The notes under the pieces are model-generated. The model made no database searches and was not told where the DNA came from. It worked only from the letters and a program-made list of their open reading frames with translations. From NCBI GenBank assembly GCA_005223125.1, contig NJBH01000009.1:32001-96000 (forward strand): a DNA stretch of 64,000 nt, read 5' to 3'. This DNA is from Promethearchaeota archaeon Loki_b32. Lineage in GTDB: Archaea > Asgardarchaeota > Lokiarchaeia > Sigyniarchaeales > SOKP01. Both the position numbers and the translations under genes were made by a program. Below are positions 49,535-58,387 of the stretch, one piece after another (within the stretch, counting starts at the first letter, position 1; the number at the start of each line of letters is the position of its first letter).

Positions 49535-50800
49535 TTAACTCTTAATTGCTTTATTTATTAATTCTGATAGATCAAAGGTTTTAATTTCACCATCTTTGAT
49601 ATTTGCCTTGAATTGGTTTAAACAGAATGGACAGCAAGATACAATTGCTTCAGCAGTAGTTTCTTTCGCTTCCTCAATTCTTTCATTCGCGGCAAAATTT
49701 GATAAATCTTTAAATGCTGACCTCACACCGCCCCCAGAACCACAACACCAAGCATTTTGTTTATTTCTTGGCATTTCCATTAAATTAATTCCAGGAATGT
49801 TCTTCAATACTTCTCTTGGGGGTTCAAAGATTCCCATATGGCGACCAATATGACAAGGATCGTGATACGTTATGTTCATGTTTACATTGTTATTGAATTT
49901 TACCTCATTATTATTTAATTTCTCCAGTATAAACTCAGGTAAATGAAGTATCTCAATACCATGGTCAAGCCCAAATTTCTTAGGGTATGTCTCTTTTAAT
50001 GTTCGATAACAACCCGCACAAGATGTTATAATTTTTTCAATTCCTTCATTTTTAAAGATATTTACATTAGTCTCAGCAATCTGTTTTGCTTTTTCAGTTT
50101 GTCCAGTCATATATACAGGAGATCCGCAACAATACTCCTCTTTAAGTATTTTAAAATCAACTTGAAGGGAATTCAATATTTCTGCGGTATTAATTGCGAT
50201 TTTTTGTTCTCTATAACTTGTTGTACATCCAACAAAATATGCTAGTTTTGCATCTTGAGATTGTTTAATATTTGAGGTAATCCAATTTGTTCTATCTTTA
50301 TGTTTTTCCATATATGGATTAAATTCTTTACCAACATGGTCAGTATACTGTTTTTGTTCTGGCATTGGTCCTAAACCTTTTTGAACTGCTTTTTCTCTCA
50401 TTGCCATCAACCATTCTCCGGCATAATAGTGAATCTCTGGTATTTGACATTGTTGTGTACATGCTAAGCAAACAGAACATTGGTAAAATATATTTGCTAA
50501 ATTTTCTGTCCAATCTAAGCGATTTGAAGTAACTGCCCAAGAAAGAAGATTTTTTCCTCCTAAATAATAAGCCTCAAACTTTCCAAATTCTCCAGAGGGA
50601 CAAACTCGAAACCAACCCTCTTCCTGATATCCAGTTCGGCATGTACCACATTTTCCACATTGATATAAGATGTCTTTATAATATTCTAAATCTTTATGTC
50701 TATCAAGTTTTTGTTGATCGGGGACGGTTTCAATACGAGTTATGCCTTTACCATCGACAAATTTTATTTTTTCTTCTTTCACCATTTTAATCATCTCCAA
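49535..50800 (-). CDS. GlcF/HdrD-like Fe-S oxidoreductase (CCG domains)
   Basis: CGKCGTC, CSVCLAC...C, YFVGC, CCG, SCAGC, YHDPCH, WCCGSGGG and CPFC motifs. Confidence 0.92.
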   Translation of the reverse strand: MEMIKMVKEEKIKFVDGKGITRIETVPDQQKLDRHKDLEYYKDILYQCGKCGTCRTGYQEEGWFRVCPSGEFGKFEAYYLGGKNLLSWAVTSNRLDWTENLANIFYQCSVCLACTQQCQIPEIHYYAGEWLMAMREKAVQKGLGPMPEQKQYTDHVGKEFNPYMEKHKDRTNWITSNIKQSQDAKLAYFVGCTTSYREQKIAINTAEILNSLQVDFKILKEEYCCGSPVYMTGQTEKAKQIAETNVNIFKNEGIEKIITSCAGCYRTLKETYPKKFGLDHGIEILHLPEFILEKLNNNEVKFNNNVNMNITYHDPCHIGRHMGIFEPPREVLKNIPGINLMEMPRNKQNAWCCGSGGGVRSAFKDLSNFAANERIEEAKETTAEAIVSCCPFCLNQFKANIKDGEIKTFDLSELINKAIKS

Positions 50801-52262
50801 TACCCTGTCCTGGATTCATAATATTATTTGGATCAAGAAATTTTTTTATCCTTTCAATTAGATTATTTGTTTCTGGAAGAGTTTTATCCTTATAGTGTTG
50901 AACTACCCATTTTGGAGGTTTATACATTATTGTTCCTTCAAGTTGTTGAACAGCATCATGAATTTCTTTTAGAATTTGCCTTGTTTTTCTTATATCTTCT
51001 GGATCATTTTTATTAAAATTCACATTAGTCCTTGTAACGCAATAATGACCACCAAACATAATTCTACAATAATATTGAGGTGATTTTCCGTATTTAAGGC
51101 AGATTTCTCTTGATATTTGGTAATATTTTATAATATTGCGTGTTGTATTATAACATCCAATCCACTCTCCTCCGCCACCTCTAGCAAAATTCCAACATCC
51201 CCAAAATTGTATTGGCATTTGACCTCCCGTTACTGGGAATATATGACCTAATACTCCCCTCATTTTTTTGGGAAAATTTCTTGTTTGAACATCAGCAGTT
51301 AGTGGTTCAATATTATATTCACGACATATTTTTTTAATAGCATCGCACTGTGCTTTATGCTGTTCTTCTGTGTATGCTTCAGTTGTAATTAGACCAATAA
51401 AGTCAGGCAACCCTAGTGAAACGGGGTCTATTGCTACACTTTTCTGATCAAAACATTGAAGAGATTGAGCCCATCCCATATTTGTCATCAATAAGTCTAC
51501 AATTCCTAGACCCGCTTTTGATAATTTAAGCAACATAGGAACTCCATCTTCAACTCTAGTTGCAAAAGGAAGAAAATCAGTTCGATATGGGAGTTTTGGC
51601 CATATTTTAATTGCTGCTTTTGTTACGATTCCAGTAGTACCTTCCCATCCTATAAATAATCCTGAAATATCCGGTAAAGGCTGTCTACCGTACCAATAAT
51701 CAGTAAGACTACATGAACCGGCTCTTATTAGTTCTCCAGTTGGTAAAACTACCTCTAAACCATTGGTAAATTCTGCTCCTGTCCCTCCTATCATACCAAG
51801 ATCCCACATTCCATAAGCTAAACATGAAGGAACCACACCTGTACCTGGAGGTGAAAATGTGACTCCTATACGAAAATCTGGATGATATTTATCAAAATAT
51901 CCCTTGAAATCCGCCCACGTAATTCCTCCTTCAACAACAGCATACATATCATCCTCATTTACTTCAAGCACATGATTCATGCGTCGTAAATCTACAACAA
52001 TACCTCCTTTTCGAGGTGTAGCAATTGAACCAAAATTAATCCCTGAAACCCAAGGTACGATTGGAATCTTATGTTTATTCGCAATTTTTACAATTTCTTG
52101 GACCTCTTCAGCAGTTTCAGGCATTATAGCAATATCACATTTACCTTCTGGTTCTGCGGTTATAAAATCATAATGGTATAAATATTGTATCTCAGGTTCA
52201 TCAGATACATATCGATCTCCAACAATTTTTTCTAATTCTGCTATTATCTCGCCATTATTCAT
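50787..52262 (-). CDS. FAD-linked oxidoreductase (GlcD/LdhD/VAO family)
   Basis: PETAEEVQEIVK.AN, GGIVVDLRRMN, GLEVVLPTG, GWEGTTGIVT and DPNNIMNPG motifs. Confidence 0.92.
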   Translation of the reverse strand: MNNGEIIAELEKIVGDRYVSDEPEIQYLYHYDFITAEPEGKCDIAIMPETAEEVQEIVKIANKHKIPIVPWVSGINFGSIATPRKGGIVVDLRRMNHVLEVNEDDMYAVVEGGITWADFKGYFDKYHPDFRIGVTFSPPGTGVVPSCLAYGMWDLGMIGGTGAEFTNGLEVVLPTGELIRAGSCSLTDYWYGRQPLPDISGLFIGWEGTTGIVTKAAIKIWPKLPYRTDFLPFATRVEDGVPMLLKLSKAGLGIVDLLMTNMGWAQSLQCFDQKSVAIDPVSLGLPDFIGLITTEAYTEEQHKAQCDAIKKICREYNIEPLTADVQTRNFPKKMRGVLGHIFPVTGGQMPIQFWGCWNFARGGGGEWIGCYNTTRNIIKYYQISREICLKYGKSPQYYCRIMFGGHYCVTRTNVNFNKNDPEDIRKTRQILKEIHDAVQQLEGTIMYKPPKWVVQHYKDKTLPETNNLIERIKKFLDPNNIMNPGQGIGDD

Positions 52263-52327
52263 TTTTAATTCACTTAATTTGAAATTTTAATATAAAATTA
52301 TATTTACTTAATGATATTAAAGCGTTT

Positions 52328-53629
52328 TCACATTAGTGTCTGAGAAAACATCTTTATTTTATCCCGAATAATTTTTTCAGATGCAAATCGAGCATCCCCC
52401 ACGTCAACATCAATTAAAAGCATTGGTATACCAACTTCATCTCTTAATGCTTCTCTTAAAATTTGAGGAACACTTCCGAATTGCTTACAACCAATATGAG
52501 ATGTAAATATAAAACAATCAGCGGAATAATCTTTTGCTAATTGAACACATTCATCTATAAAAGAGTAATAGAATTCTGCAGACTGCTTAACCATGGGTGC
52601 TTCCATTGACCTCCTCGCCATACCATAAAGCATAGTATCTAAATCTGATTTAGTATTAATTGGTTCAGCAAAATTATAATTAAAAATATCAAATAAAATT
52701 GACATTCCAAGATGACGATCTAACCATTCTCCAAGTTCTAAATCAAAGAATATAATCATATATGGCCAAATACTCCTTATTTTTTCCTCTCCAGCATGGT
52801 GTTCTTTATTTTTATACCTTTTTTTCGATATTTCAAGCATGTCATTATAAAAACTTGCTTTTTCAGTACGCCCAGATAAATAAATTGCTGCTGCTGCTGA
52901 CATTGCGTTAAACATATTCTCTACCGGACATGGTTTTACCTTTTTTAATTCGAAAATTTCTAATTGCAGTTTTGTCACTTGATTTTCTAATTCAATTGCT
53001 TCTCGTAATTTACTATAATCGGGTTCTTGATTTATAACTTTACCTAACGCTTCTAATCCCAATTTAATTTGTTCCCCATGATAATGATAACTTTTTTCCT
53101 CTTTTAAAAAAGGTAAATCTGGTGCTATAAGTGGGATTTTTTTATGATAAGAGAAAAAGGGATATGATGCGTATGTGTTATCACATGGAGCTGTTGGTGT
53201 AATAATAGCATCAAACTTAAATAGATCATCCAAAGTCATTCCCATTGTACCTTTCTGAGAGGTACAAGTGTGAAAGGGGTGACCCCAATTAGTAATTAAA
53301 TCATAATATTTCTCAGAACCATGCGGTAATAGTGCTGCCAATAGATATGAAACAGCTTCTATACAAACAGGAACACAATCAAAGCAAGAAAGGTATTCTG
53401 TAGGGAAAGAGAAATGGTGTCCAATTATGGGTAAGCCTTCTCTTGCTTTTTGGATATATTCTTCCATCACTGATTTTAAATGTTTTAAACCAATCCGTAA
53501 TGAGGGGATTCCCTTATCTGGGAGTATTCCTTCTATTAATCCAGAAGTAGATTTAACTGCTTCATATAACATTTTATATGGAATTATTCTATTTTCTAAT
53601 TCAACTCTTTTTGCCAATTTTTTTTTCAC
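52328..53629 (-). CDS. 2-hydroxyacyl-CoA dehydratase / benzoyl-CoA reductase family subunit (HgdA/BcrB-like)
   Basis: HTCTSQKG, PCDN, GCKQ and GIPMLLIDVD..D.R motifs. Confidence 0.85.
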   Translation of the reverse strand: MKKKLAKRVELENRIIPYKMLYEAVKSTSGLIEGILPDKGIPSLRIGLKHLKSVMEEYIQKAREGLPIIGHHFSFPTEYLSCFDCVPVCIEAVSYLLAALLPHGSEKYYDLITNWGHPFHTCTSQKGTMGMTLDDLFKFDAIITPTAPCDNTYASYPFFSYHKKIPLIAPDLPFLKEEKSYHYHGEQIKLGLEALGKVINQEPDYSKLREAIELENQVTKLQLEIFELKKVKPCPVENMFNAMSAAAAIYLSGRTEKASFYNDMLEISKKRYKNKEHHAGEEKIRSIWPYMIIFFDLELGEWLDRHLGMSILFDIFNYNFAEPINTKSDLDTMLYGMARRSMEAPMVKQSAEFYYSFIDECVQLAKDYSADCFIFTSHIGCKQFGSVPQILREALRDEVGIPMLLIDVDVGDARFASEKIIRDKIKMFSQTLM

Positions 53630-53657
53630 ACTTTTCTTTATGTTATATCTTAATATC

Positions 53658-54803
53658 TCAAGAAATCATTTCTATAAAAGCTTCAATTCTCGTTTGCAAA
53701 CGAGTAGTATCTGCTTGAAAGAATTCTCTATCAATATTTAGAACAGGAATTTCCAAATCTTTTAATTCATGAGAAAAAAGCATATTATCACATCCTGCTA
53801 GATCACAATTATTAATTCTTTGTAAAATTACTCCATCAATCTTTGCCCTTTTTATTTCATCTTTAATAAAATCTAAGCGCCGTTGATGATCATCCATCAT
53901 TCTGGGGCAAGAGATCCGGTAATAATGACGCCTAGAAATCATTTCTAAAGGATTCTTTCCATCTTCTAATTTTACATCATCTAAGAAATTTCTAATTCCA
54001 AAACATAAGAAATCTGATACAATATTAGCGCCAGAATTTTCAATTAGTTTTGTAAAATTAATATCATCAACTTCACTTCCGACAAGCATTACTCTTTTAG
54101 CATCTGTTTTCAATCCTTCAATCTCTTTTAATAAATTTAAAATTCGTTCTAATTCCTGATTAGCTATATCTTTTGGAACAGAAGAATTAGCCATCGATAT
54201 TTGCAATGCCTCAGTTCCTGTGATTTTTGGAGCATCTTGAATTCTTAATTTATGAATCTCTCGTAATAGACTTCGATTCTTGTTGTAAATATTAATAGAA
54301 TTTAACAGATCCTCATCAGTGATTTTTTTATTATTATAATTTTTTTCTATTTCTTCTTTTAATTCCTCAATTTCTCTTTTATACCATTCAAAACCTTCTT
54401 TAGTTACGATATGGGGTATAGCAATATAGAATCTTGGTACTTTTTTATTAAAGCCCTCACGTTTAAATACCTTTAAATCAAATAATTCAAACATTCTGCG
54501 GGAATGATCGCAGGAATTACAAATAAAAAGACCATCCAAAAAATCATAAAACCCACGTAAAGCCATATCTAATGTGGCTCTAACGAATGAACATGTAAAC
54601 CGTACCATATATATATCTCCGAGATCTGTATCCTCATGTCCAGTTGCTCTGATTCTGAATGGTAATAAATTAGCGGCATACAATAATTCTTCTGGAATAT
54701 AGGTACAATAATGACCTACTATTTTTTTATTATCTTTTTGCCAATCTTCAATATAATGATTTTTTATAGAATTAGAAGCTGTTAAAAATGGATCTTTGTA
54801 CAA
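53658..54803 (-). CDS. 2-hydroxyacyl-CoA dehydratase / benzoyl-CoA reductase family subunit (HgdB/BcrC-like)
   Basis: CTYIPEELLYAA, CSFVR, CDHSRR, DGVI....NCD and TRIEAFIEM motifs. Confidence 0.88.
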   Translation of the reverse strand: MYKDPFLTASNSIKNHYIEDWQKDNKKIVGHYCTYIPEELLYAANLLPFRIRATGHEDTDLGDIYMVRFTCSFVRATLDMALRGFYDFLDGLFICNSCDHSRRMFELFDLKVFKREGFNKKVPRFYIAIPHIVTKEGFEWYKREIEELKEEIEKNYNNKKITDEDLLNSINIYNKNRSLLREIHKLRIQDAPKITGTEALQISMANSSVPKDIANQELERILNLLKEIEGLKTDAKRVMLVGSEVDDINFTKLIENSGANIVSDFLCFGIRNFLDDVKLEDGKNPLEMISRRHYYRISCPRMMDDHQRRLDFIKDEIKRAKIDGVILQRINNCDLAGCDNMLFSHELKDLEIPVLNIDREFFQADTTRLQTRIEAFIEMIS

Positions 54804-54820
54804 ACTTATGATAAAACACC

Positions 54821-55309
54821 TTATCTACCTTTTTTATACATTTCATGTTTACCTATCATTAAACATCTTACCAATTTGATAGCGGCAACATAAGATCCTT
54901 TTATTTTAGCTTTTCCTGGAATGATGTATTTTAAAAGTTTTGCTAACCCAAAAATATTGCTCTTAGAACGAATTATACTACTTATCACAGTAAGAATTTT
55001 CTCTTCTTTAACATTTATAATAATTCTTGCAACAGGATCAATAGCTTTCTCTGCGTGACAATTAAAATTATTCCGATCTGATGTGAGTATGAATGTAATG
55101 TATCCATCGAATTCTTTGAGGTATAATTCAATTTCTTTACCTTTATGCTTGCCTACTTTTTTAAAGGGTTCATCTTGACCGTATAAATCGACTAGCATTT
55201 TTGCTAACCTAGCAATATTGAGAATTTTTGTATCTTTAATTAAATTCTCTGCTCTAATATTTATATCAATTTTTTTTGAGGCGTTTGTTTGATTTATAGC
55301 TGCCACCAA
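54821..55309 (-). CDS. Hypothetical protein, possibly SCP2-like lipid-binding fold
   Basis: C-terminal GKAKIKGSYVAAIKL resembles the SCP2 G-K-x-K-x-x-G motif. Confidence 0.45.
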   Translation of the reverse strand: MVAAINQTNASKKIDINIRAENLIKDTKILNIARLAKMLVDLYGQDEPFKKVGKHKGKEIELYLKEFDGYITFILTSDRNNFNCHAEKAIDPVARIIINVKEEKILTVISSIIRSKSNIFGLAKLLKYIIPGKAKIKGSYVAAIKLVRCLMIGKHEMYKKGR

Positions 55310-55397
55310 TTATGTGAGATTGCGGTTATTATATTTTGAATTTTCAAGTATTTAAAGATTTTATTGTCAAATTTATTTTCTAATGTTGGAATTAAAG

Positions 55398-55757
55398 TTA
55401 CTCAAAAGGTTCAAAACTTCTACAAATAGATTCTTTTTTTAAAAATTTATTCTTAATTTGACAATGAAATATCTCCTCATTATAGTAGACACAATTGCAA
55501 CAAGAGAAGAGATGATTTTTTAGTTTTTTAGTTATTTCCTTTAATTTTTCAGGATACTTTCCTTTACTTAACATAGTTTCAAGTTTATCGTGTGATGTTG
55601 CTGTTAATTTACAAAAGATGACCTTTGGAGAGGGAGGATTCCATATTTCAATCAAAGACGTACCAGTTACATTCGTAGGAGAATTTTGGTTGTTATACCC
55701 ACATTTACAAAATTTTTTCCTTAACATATTTCCACATTCAGGACAGAATTCAACCAA
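55398..55757 (-). CDS. Cys-rich zinc-ribbon protein (paralog of 61692..62063)
   Basis: MVEFCPECGNMLRKK.C.CGY, IWNPPSP, NHL.SC.NCVYY.EEI.HC and SIC.S.EP shared with the paralog. Confidence 0.75.
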   Translation of the reverse strand: MVEFCPECGNMLRKKFCKCGYNNQNSPTNVTGTSLIEIWNPPSPKVIFCKLTATSHDKLETMLSKGKYPEKLKEITKKLKNHLFSCCNCVYYNEEIFHCQIKNKFLKKESICRSFEPFE

Positions 55758-55941
55758 TATTCTTTTATCACCGTTAGATGTGTATAATAGGATATAATTA
55801 ATTAAAAAGTCTCTAATTTTATAATTACAATTAAATTCTCTGTTATCATATTTCAGAAAATATTAGTTGAGTGTTAAAGTAAAATCCTTTAATTTTTCTT
55901 TTTTATTTCAAAATTAGACAAATAGACTTATTTTAAGTATT

Positions 55942-56562
55942 TTATATGTAAGGAGAGATATCAAAATCTTGCTCTAAAGAAAGATTTATGAAGTCATCTA
56001 CTTCTTGCTGCGAATCTCCATAAATTTTTAAGAGATATCCATTATCTTTCTTCTCAACTTCAACTCTAAAACCATAAAACATTGTTTTATATTCTAATTC
56101 CTTGACTCTCCTTTCATTATCAGCATCACCCAGAAAATATTCGCCATAAAAGTCACCCTTCGATAGTTTACGGAGCGAATATGCTGGAATCTCAACAACT
56201 TTACCATCAGATCTCTGGCAATTAATCCTTGCATTTTGGGTAAATTCACTAGGTTTCTCTAAGAGCCTTACTTCTTTTGATTGGGTTATCCAAAATAACA
56301 TATCTCCTATTTCTATGGATTCTAGCATACTTATTGTCTCTTTACTAGCACTCTTACTAATAAACCTTAACCGTCTTTCTTCTTTCTGTATCCATTCGCA
56401 GGCTCTATTAAGCAGTACTTTTACTCCAAAAGAATTGCCACTATTGAATTCTCGCCAAAATTCATCTAAATAATTACAGATATAAAAATCTAATTGCATA
56501 TCAAGAATCTTGAATGGACAATTTTTCTTATTTTGACGACAAATAAAATATTTTTTAGACAT
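55942..56562 (-). CDS. Hypothetical protein
   Basis: Open frame; probable start MSKKYFICRQ at 56562, since the track start overlaps the nuclease remnant. Confidence 0.55.
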   Translation of the reverse strand: MSKKYFICRQNKKNCPFKILDMQLDFYICNYLDEFWREFNSGNSFGVKVLLNRACEWIQKEERRLRFISKSASKETISMLESIEIGDMLFWITQSKEVRLLEKPSEFTQNARINCQRSDGKVVEIPAYSLRKLSKGDFYGEYFLGDADNERRVKELEYKTMFYGFRVEVEKKDNGYLLKIYGDSQQEVDDFINLSLEQDFDISPYI

Positions 56563-56632
56563 TAAATTATGTAAAAAATAACACTTCAAATATAAATAAT
56601 TAATGAATCTATTGGGAATAAGAAAAAAAATT

Positions 56633-56985
56633 TTATAAAGTACCGAGATAATTTCTAAGTTTAGAAAACTGCTCCTTAGTAAGTTCAATACCTGTCCACT
56701 CTTTTATCTGCTTAAGGATTTCATTCATCCAAATATTCTGATCCCATTTCTCCCAGATTTCTACCAATATTACATTCTTATCCTTACAAATAAGCCTCTT
56801 CTTCCTATCAGCTTCCTGTTGATCTGGATGACTATCACCATGCCAATATGTCCCCTGAGCTTCAAAAGCAATTCCTATCCACTTATCATCTAAACCTAGA
56901 TAATCCTTAAGTGGTTCGGCTCATATCTAATATCATCTAAACCTAGATAATCCTTAAGTGGTTTATTTAATTCCAGATAATTCTC
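56633..56985 (-). pseudogene. C-terminal remnant of a Vsr/DUF559-like PD-(D/E)xK endonuclease
   Basis: Manual translation: YLELNKPLKDYLGLDD/KWIGIAFEAQGTYWHGDSHPDQQEADRKKRLICKDKNVILVEIWE...YLGTL*; no start codon; disrupted by a duplication. Confidence 0.6.
56884..56963. repeat. 33-bp perfect direct repeat with a 14-bp spacer
   Basis: tatcatctaaacctagataatccttaagtggtt at 56884-56916 and 56931-56963. Confidence 0.95.
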
Positions 56986-57256
56986 ATATATTTATATGGT
57001 CCGGTTCGAATTAGCTGCTTTCTATGAGTTAATTGAAATATTAATGAGTAAACAAAAAGCTGAAATAAAAATAGTCAGTTGATAGAATTCTGGGATTTTG
57101 AAAGAAAAAGGATATGTAAATTATGAACGGAACACTCATTATACCTTTCCATATAGTTAAACAGGGTACATACTGAAAAATTGGAATTAATATTGAAGAA
57201 ATTCTCGTAGAAATTGCTTCAATTTTTCTTTTAATTTTACTTCTCTTAAAATTCAT
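56981..57256 (-). pseudogene. Internally deleted and 3'-truncated ICMT-like gene (paralog of 45897..46487)
   Basis: SSILIPIFQYVPC..IW.GIMSVP matches the paralog; after a deletion, FQLTHRKQLIRTGPYKYMR resumes at ~57038-56982 and stops before HPQY. Confidence 0.85.
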
Positions 57257-57283
57257 CCTTGGTTCCCATATATCTATTGCGAA

Positions 57284-58009
57284 TTATTCTTTTTGATTTA
57301 CATATAACTTTATTTCACGATTATATCTTTCAAGTATTATTAAATCAAGTTTAGCCAGTTTATCAACATGATATTTCACAGAACTTCGGCTCATATCTAA
57401 TTTCTTAGCAATCTTCGCTGAATTAATGCCAGGATTTTTTTCAATTAAATCTAGAATTTTTATGCTAGTTTTAGACTTTGTAATCAATTTTAATGGTATT
57501 GTTTTCATTTCTTTTTTGGATAAAACAGGGAAAAAGGATACATATTGTCCTAATTTCTCTTTTTTAATTATTCCATATTGTAATAATACATATAAATGCC
57601 ATTGTAACTGCCCCTTCTGCAAATTACATTTTCTAAGGAGTTCATTATTATGGATTCCGGGTTCTTGTAGAATTTTATTAATGATATTTTTACGGTTTTC
57701 ATTTTCAAAAATATCTTCGAAAGATAAATAAGTATACCGTTCAGCTACTATTGTTTTTCTTCTAAAATAGTCTTTATACTGATTAACAGTTAGTATGATT
57801 AAAAGTGATGTTAAAATTAGTGTGAAAAATGCTAATAAATCGATTAAAAACCAATTGATATTATCTTCAAGATAAAAAGATATCTTCGTTTCAGGAGAGA
57901 TTAGTAGGAATAAGGATAATAGAGAAATGCAAATAAGAGTGATTATAATACCTAATTTGATATAAAATAACCGTTTGTATTTCCCTATTTCATTTTTAAA
58001 AAAACTCAT
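57284..58009 (-). CDS. Membrane-anchored (2 TM) double winged-HTH regulator (paralog of 45159..45890)
   Basis: Two TM helices; DIFENENRKNII..I...PGIHNNELLRKCNLQKGQLQWHL and PGINSAKIAKKLDMSRSSVKYHVDKL. Confidence 0.85.
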   Translation of the reverse strand: MSFFKNEIGKYKRLFYIKLGIIITLICISLLSLFLLISPETKISFYLEDNINWFLIDLLAFFTLILTSLLIILTVNQYKDYFRRKTIVAERYTYLSFEDIFENENRKNIINKILQEPGIHNNELLRKCNLQKGQLQWHLYVLLQYGIIKKEKLGQYVSFFPVLSKKEMKTIPLKLITKSKTSIKILDLIEKNPGINSAKIAKKLDMSRSSVKYHVDKLAKLDLIILERYNREIKLYVNQKE

Positions 58010-58029
58010 ATTAAATAAAAAGAAATTGG

Positions 58030-58308
58030 CTAATTAAAAATTTTAAAAATTATTTTAGTCTTAATTTTTTTTTTAAAATCGTTTACTCTAACTGTAGAAT
58101 ATAAGGTTCCCGCGGGGTAAATATGTTTGGAATTTTCTATCCGAACAAGAACGATTAAAAATCCTAAGAAACTAACTACTATAATTAATAGGATTTTATA
58201 TAATAGAGAATGTTTACTGTTATCAAATAAAAATACTTTGTTTATTTCTTTTCTGTTTAGACCTAATCCCTCTCCAATTTTATATAGATTAAATATTTTA
58301 TCAAACAT
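58030..58308 (-). CDS. Small single-TM protein, trio member 3 (candidate rSAM substrate)
   Basis: MFDKIFNLYKIGEGLGLNRKEINKVF-TM-HIYPAGTLYSTVRVNDFKKK; homologous to the genes at 59667 and 59975. Confidence 0.75.
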   Translation of the reverse strand: MFDKIFNLYKIGEGLGLNRKEINKVFLFDNSKHSLLYKILLIIVVSFLGFLIVLVRIENSKHIYPAGTLYSTVRVNDFKKKIKTKIIFKIFN

Positions 58309-58387
58309 TTTATTGATCACACTTCTATTTTCTTGTTAAAAAATTATTGGTTTTAAATTTTGGTGTCTTAATTTTCTCTTTATGCAA

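Noticed and set aside
56884-56963. Mini-CRISPR (repeat-spacer-repeat)
   Set aside because: Only two repeats, a 14-bp spacer, the repeat is coding sequence of the nuclease relic, and there are no cas genes.
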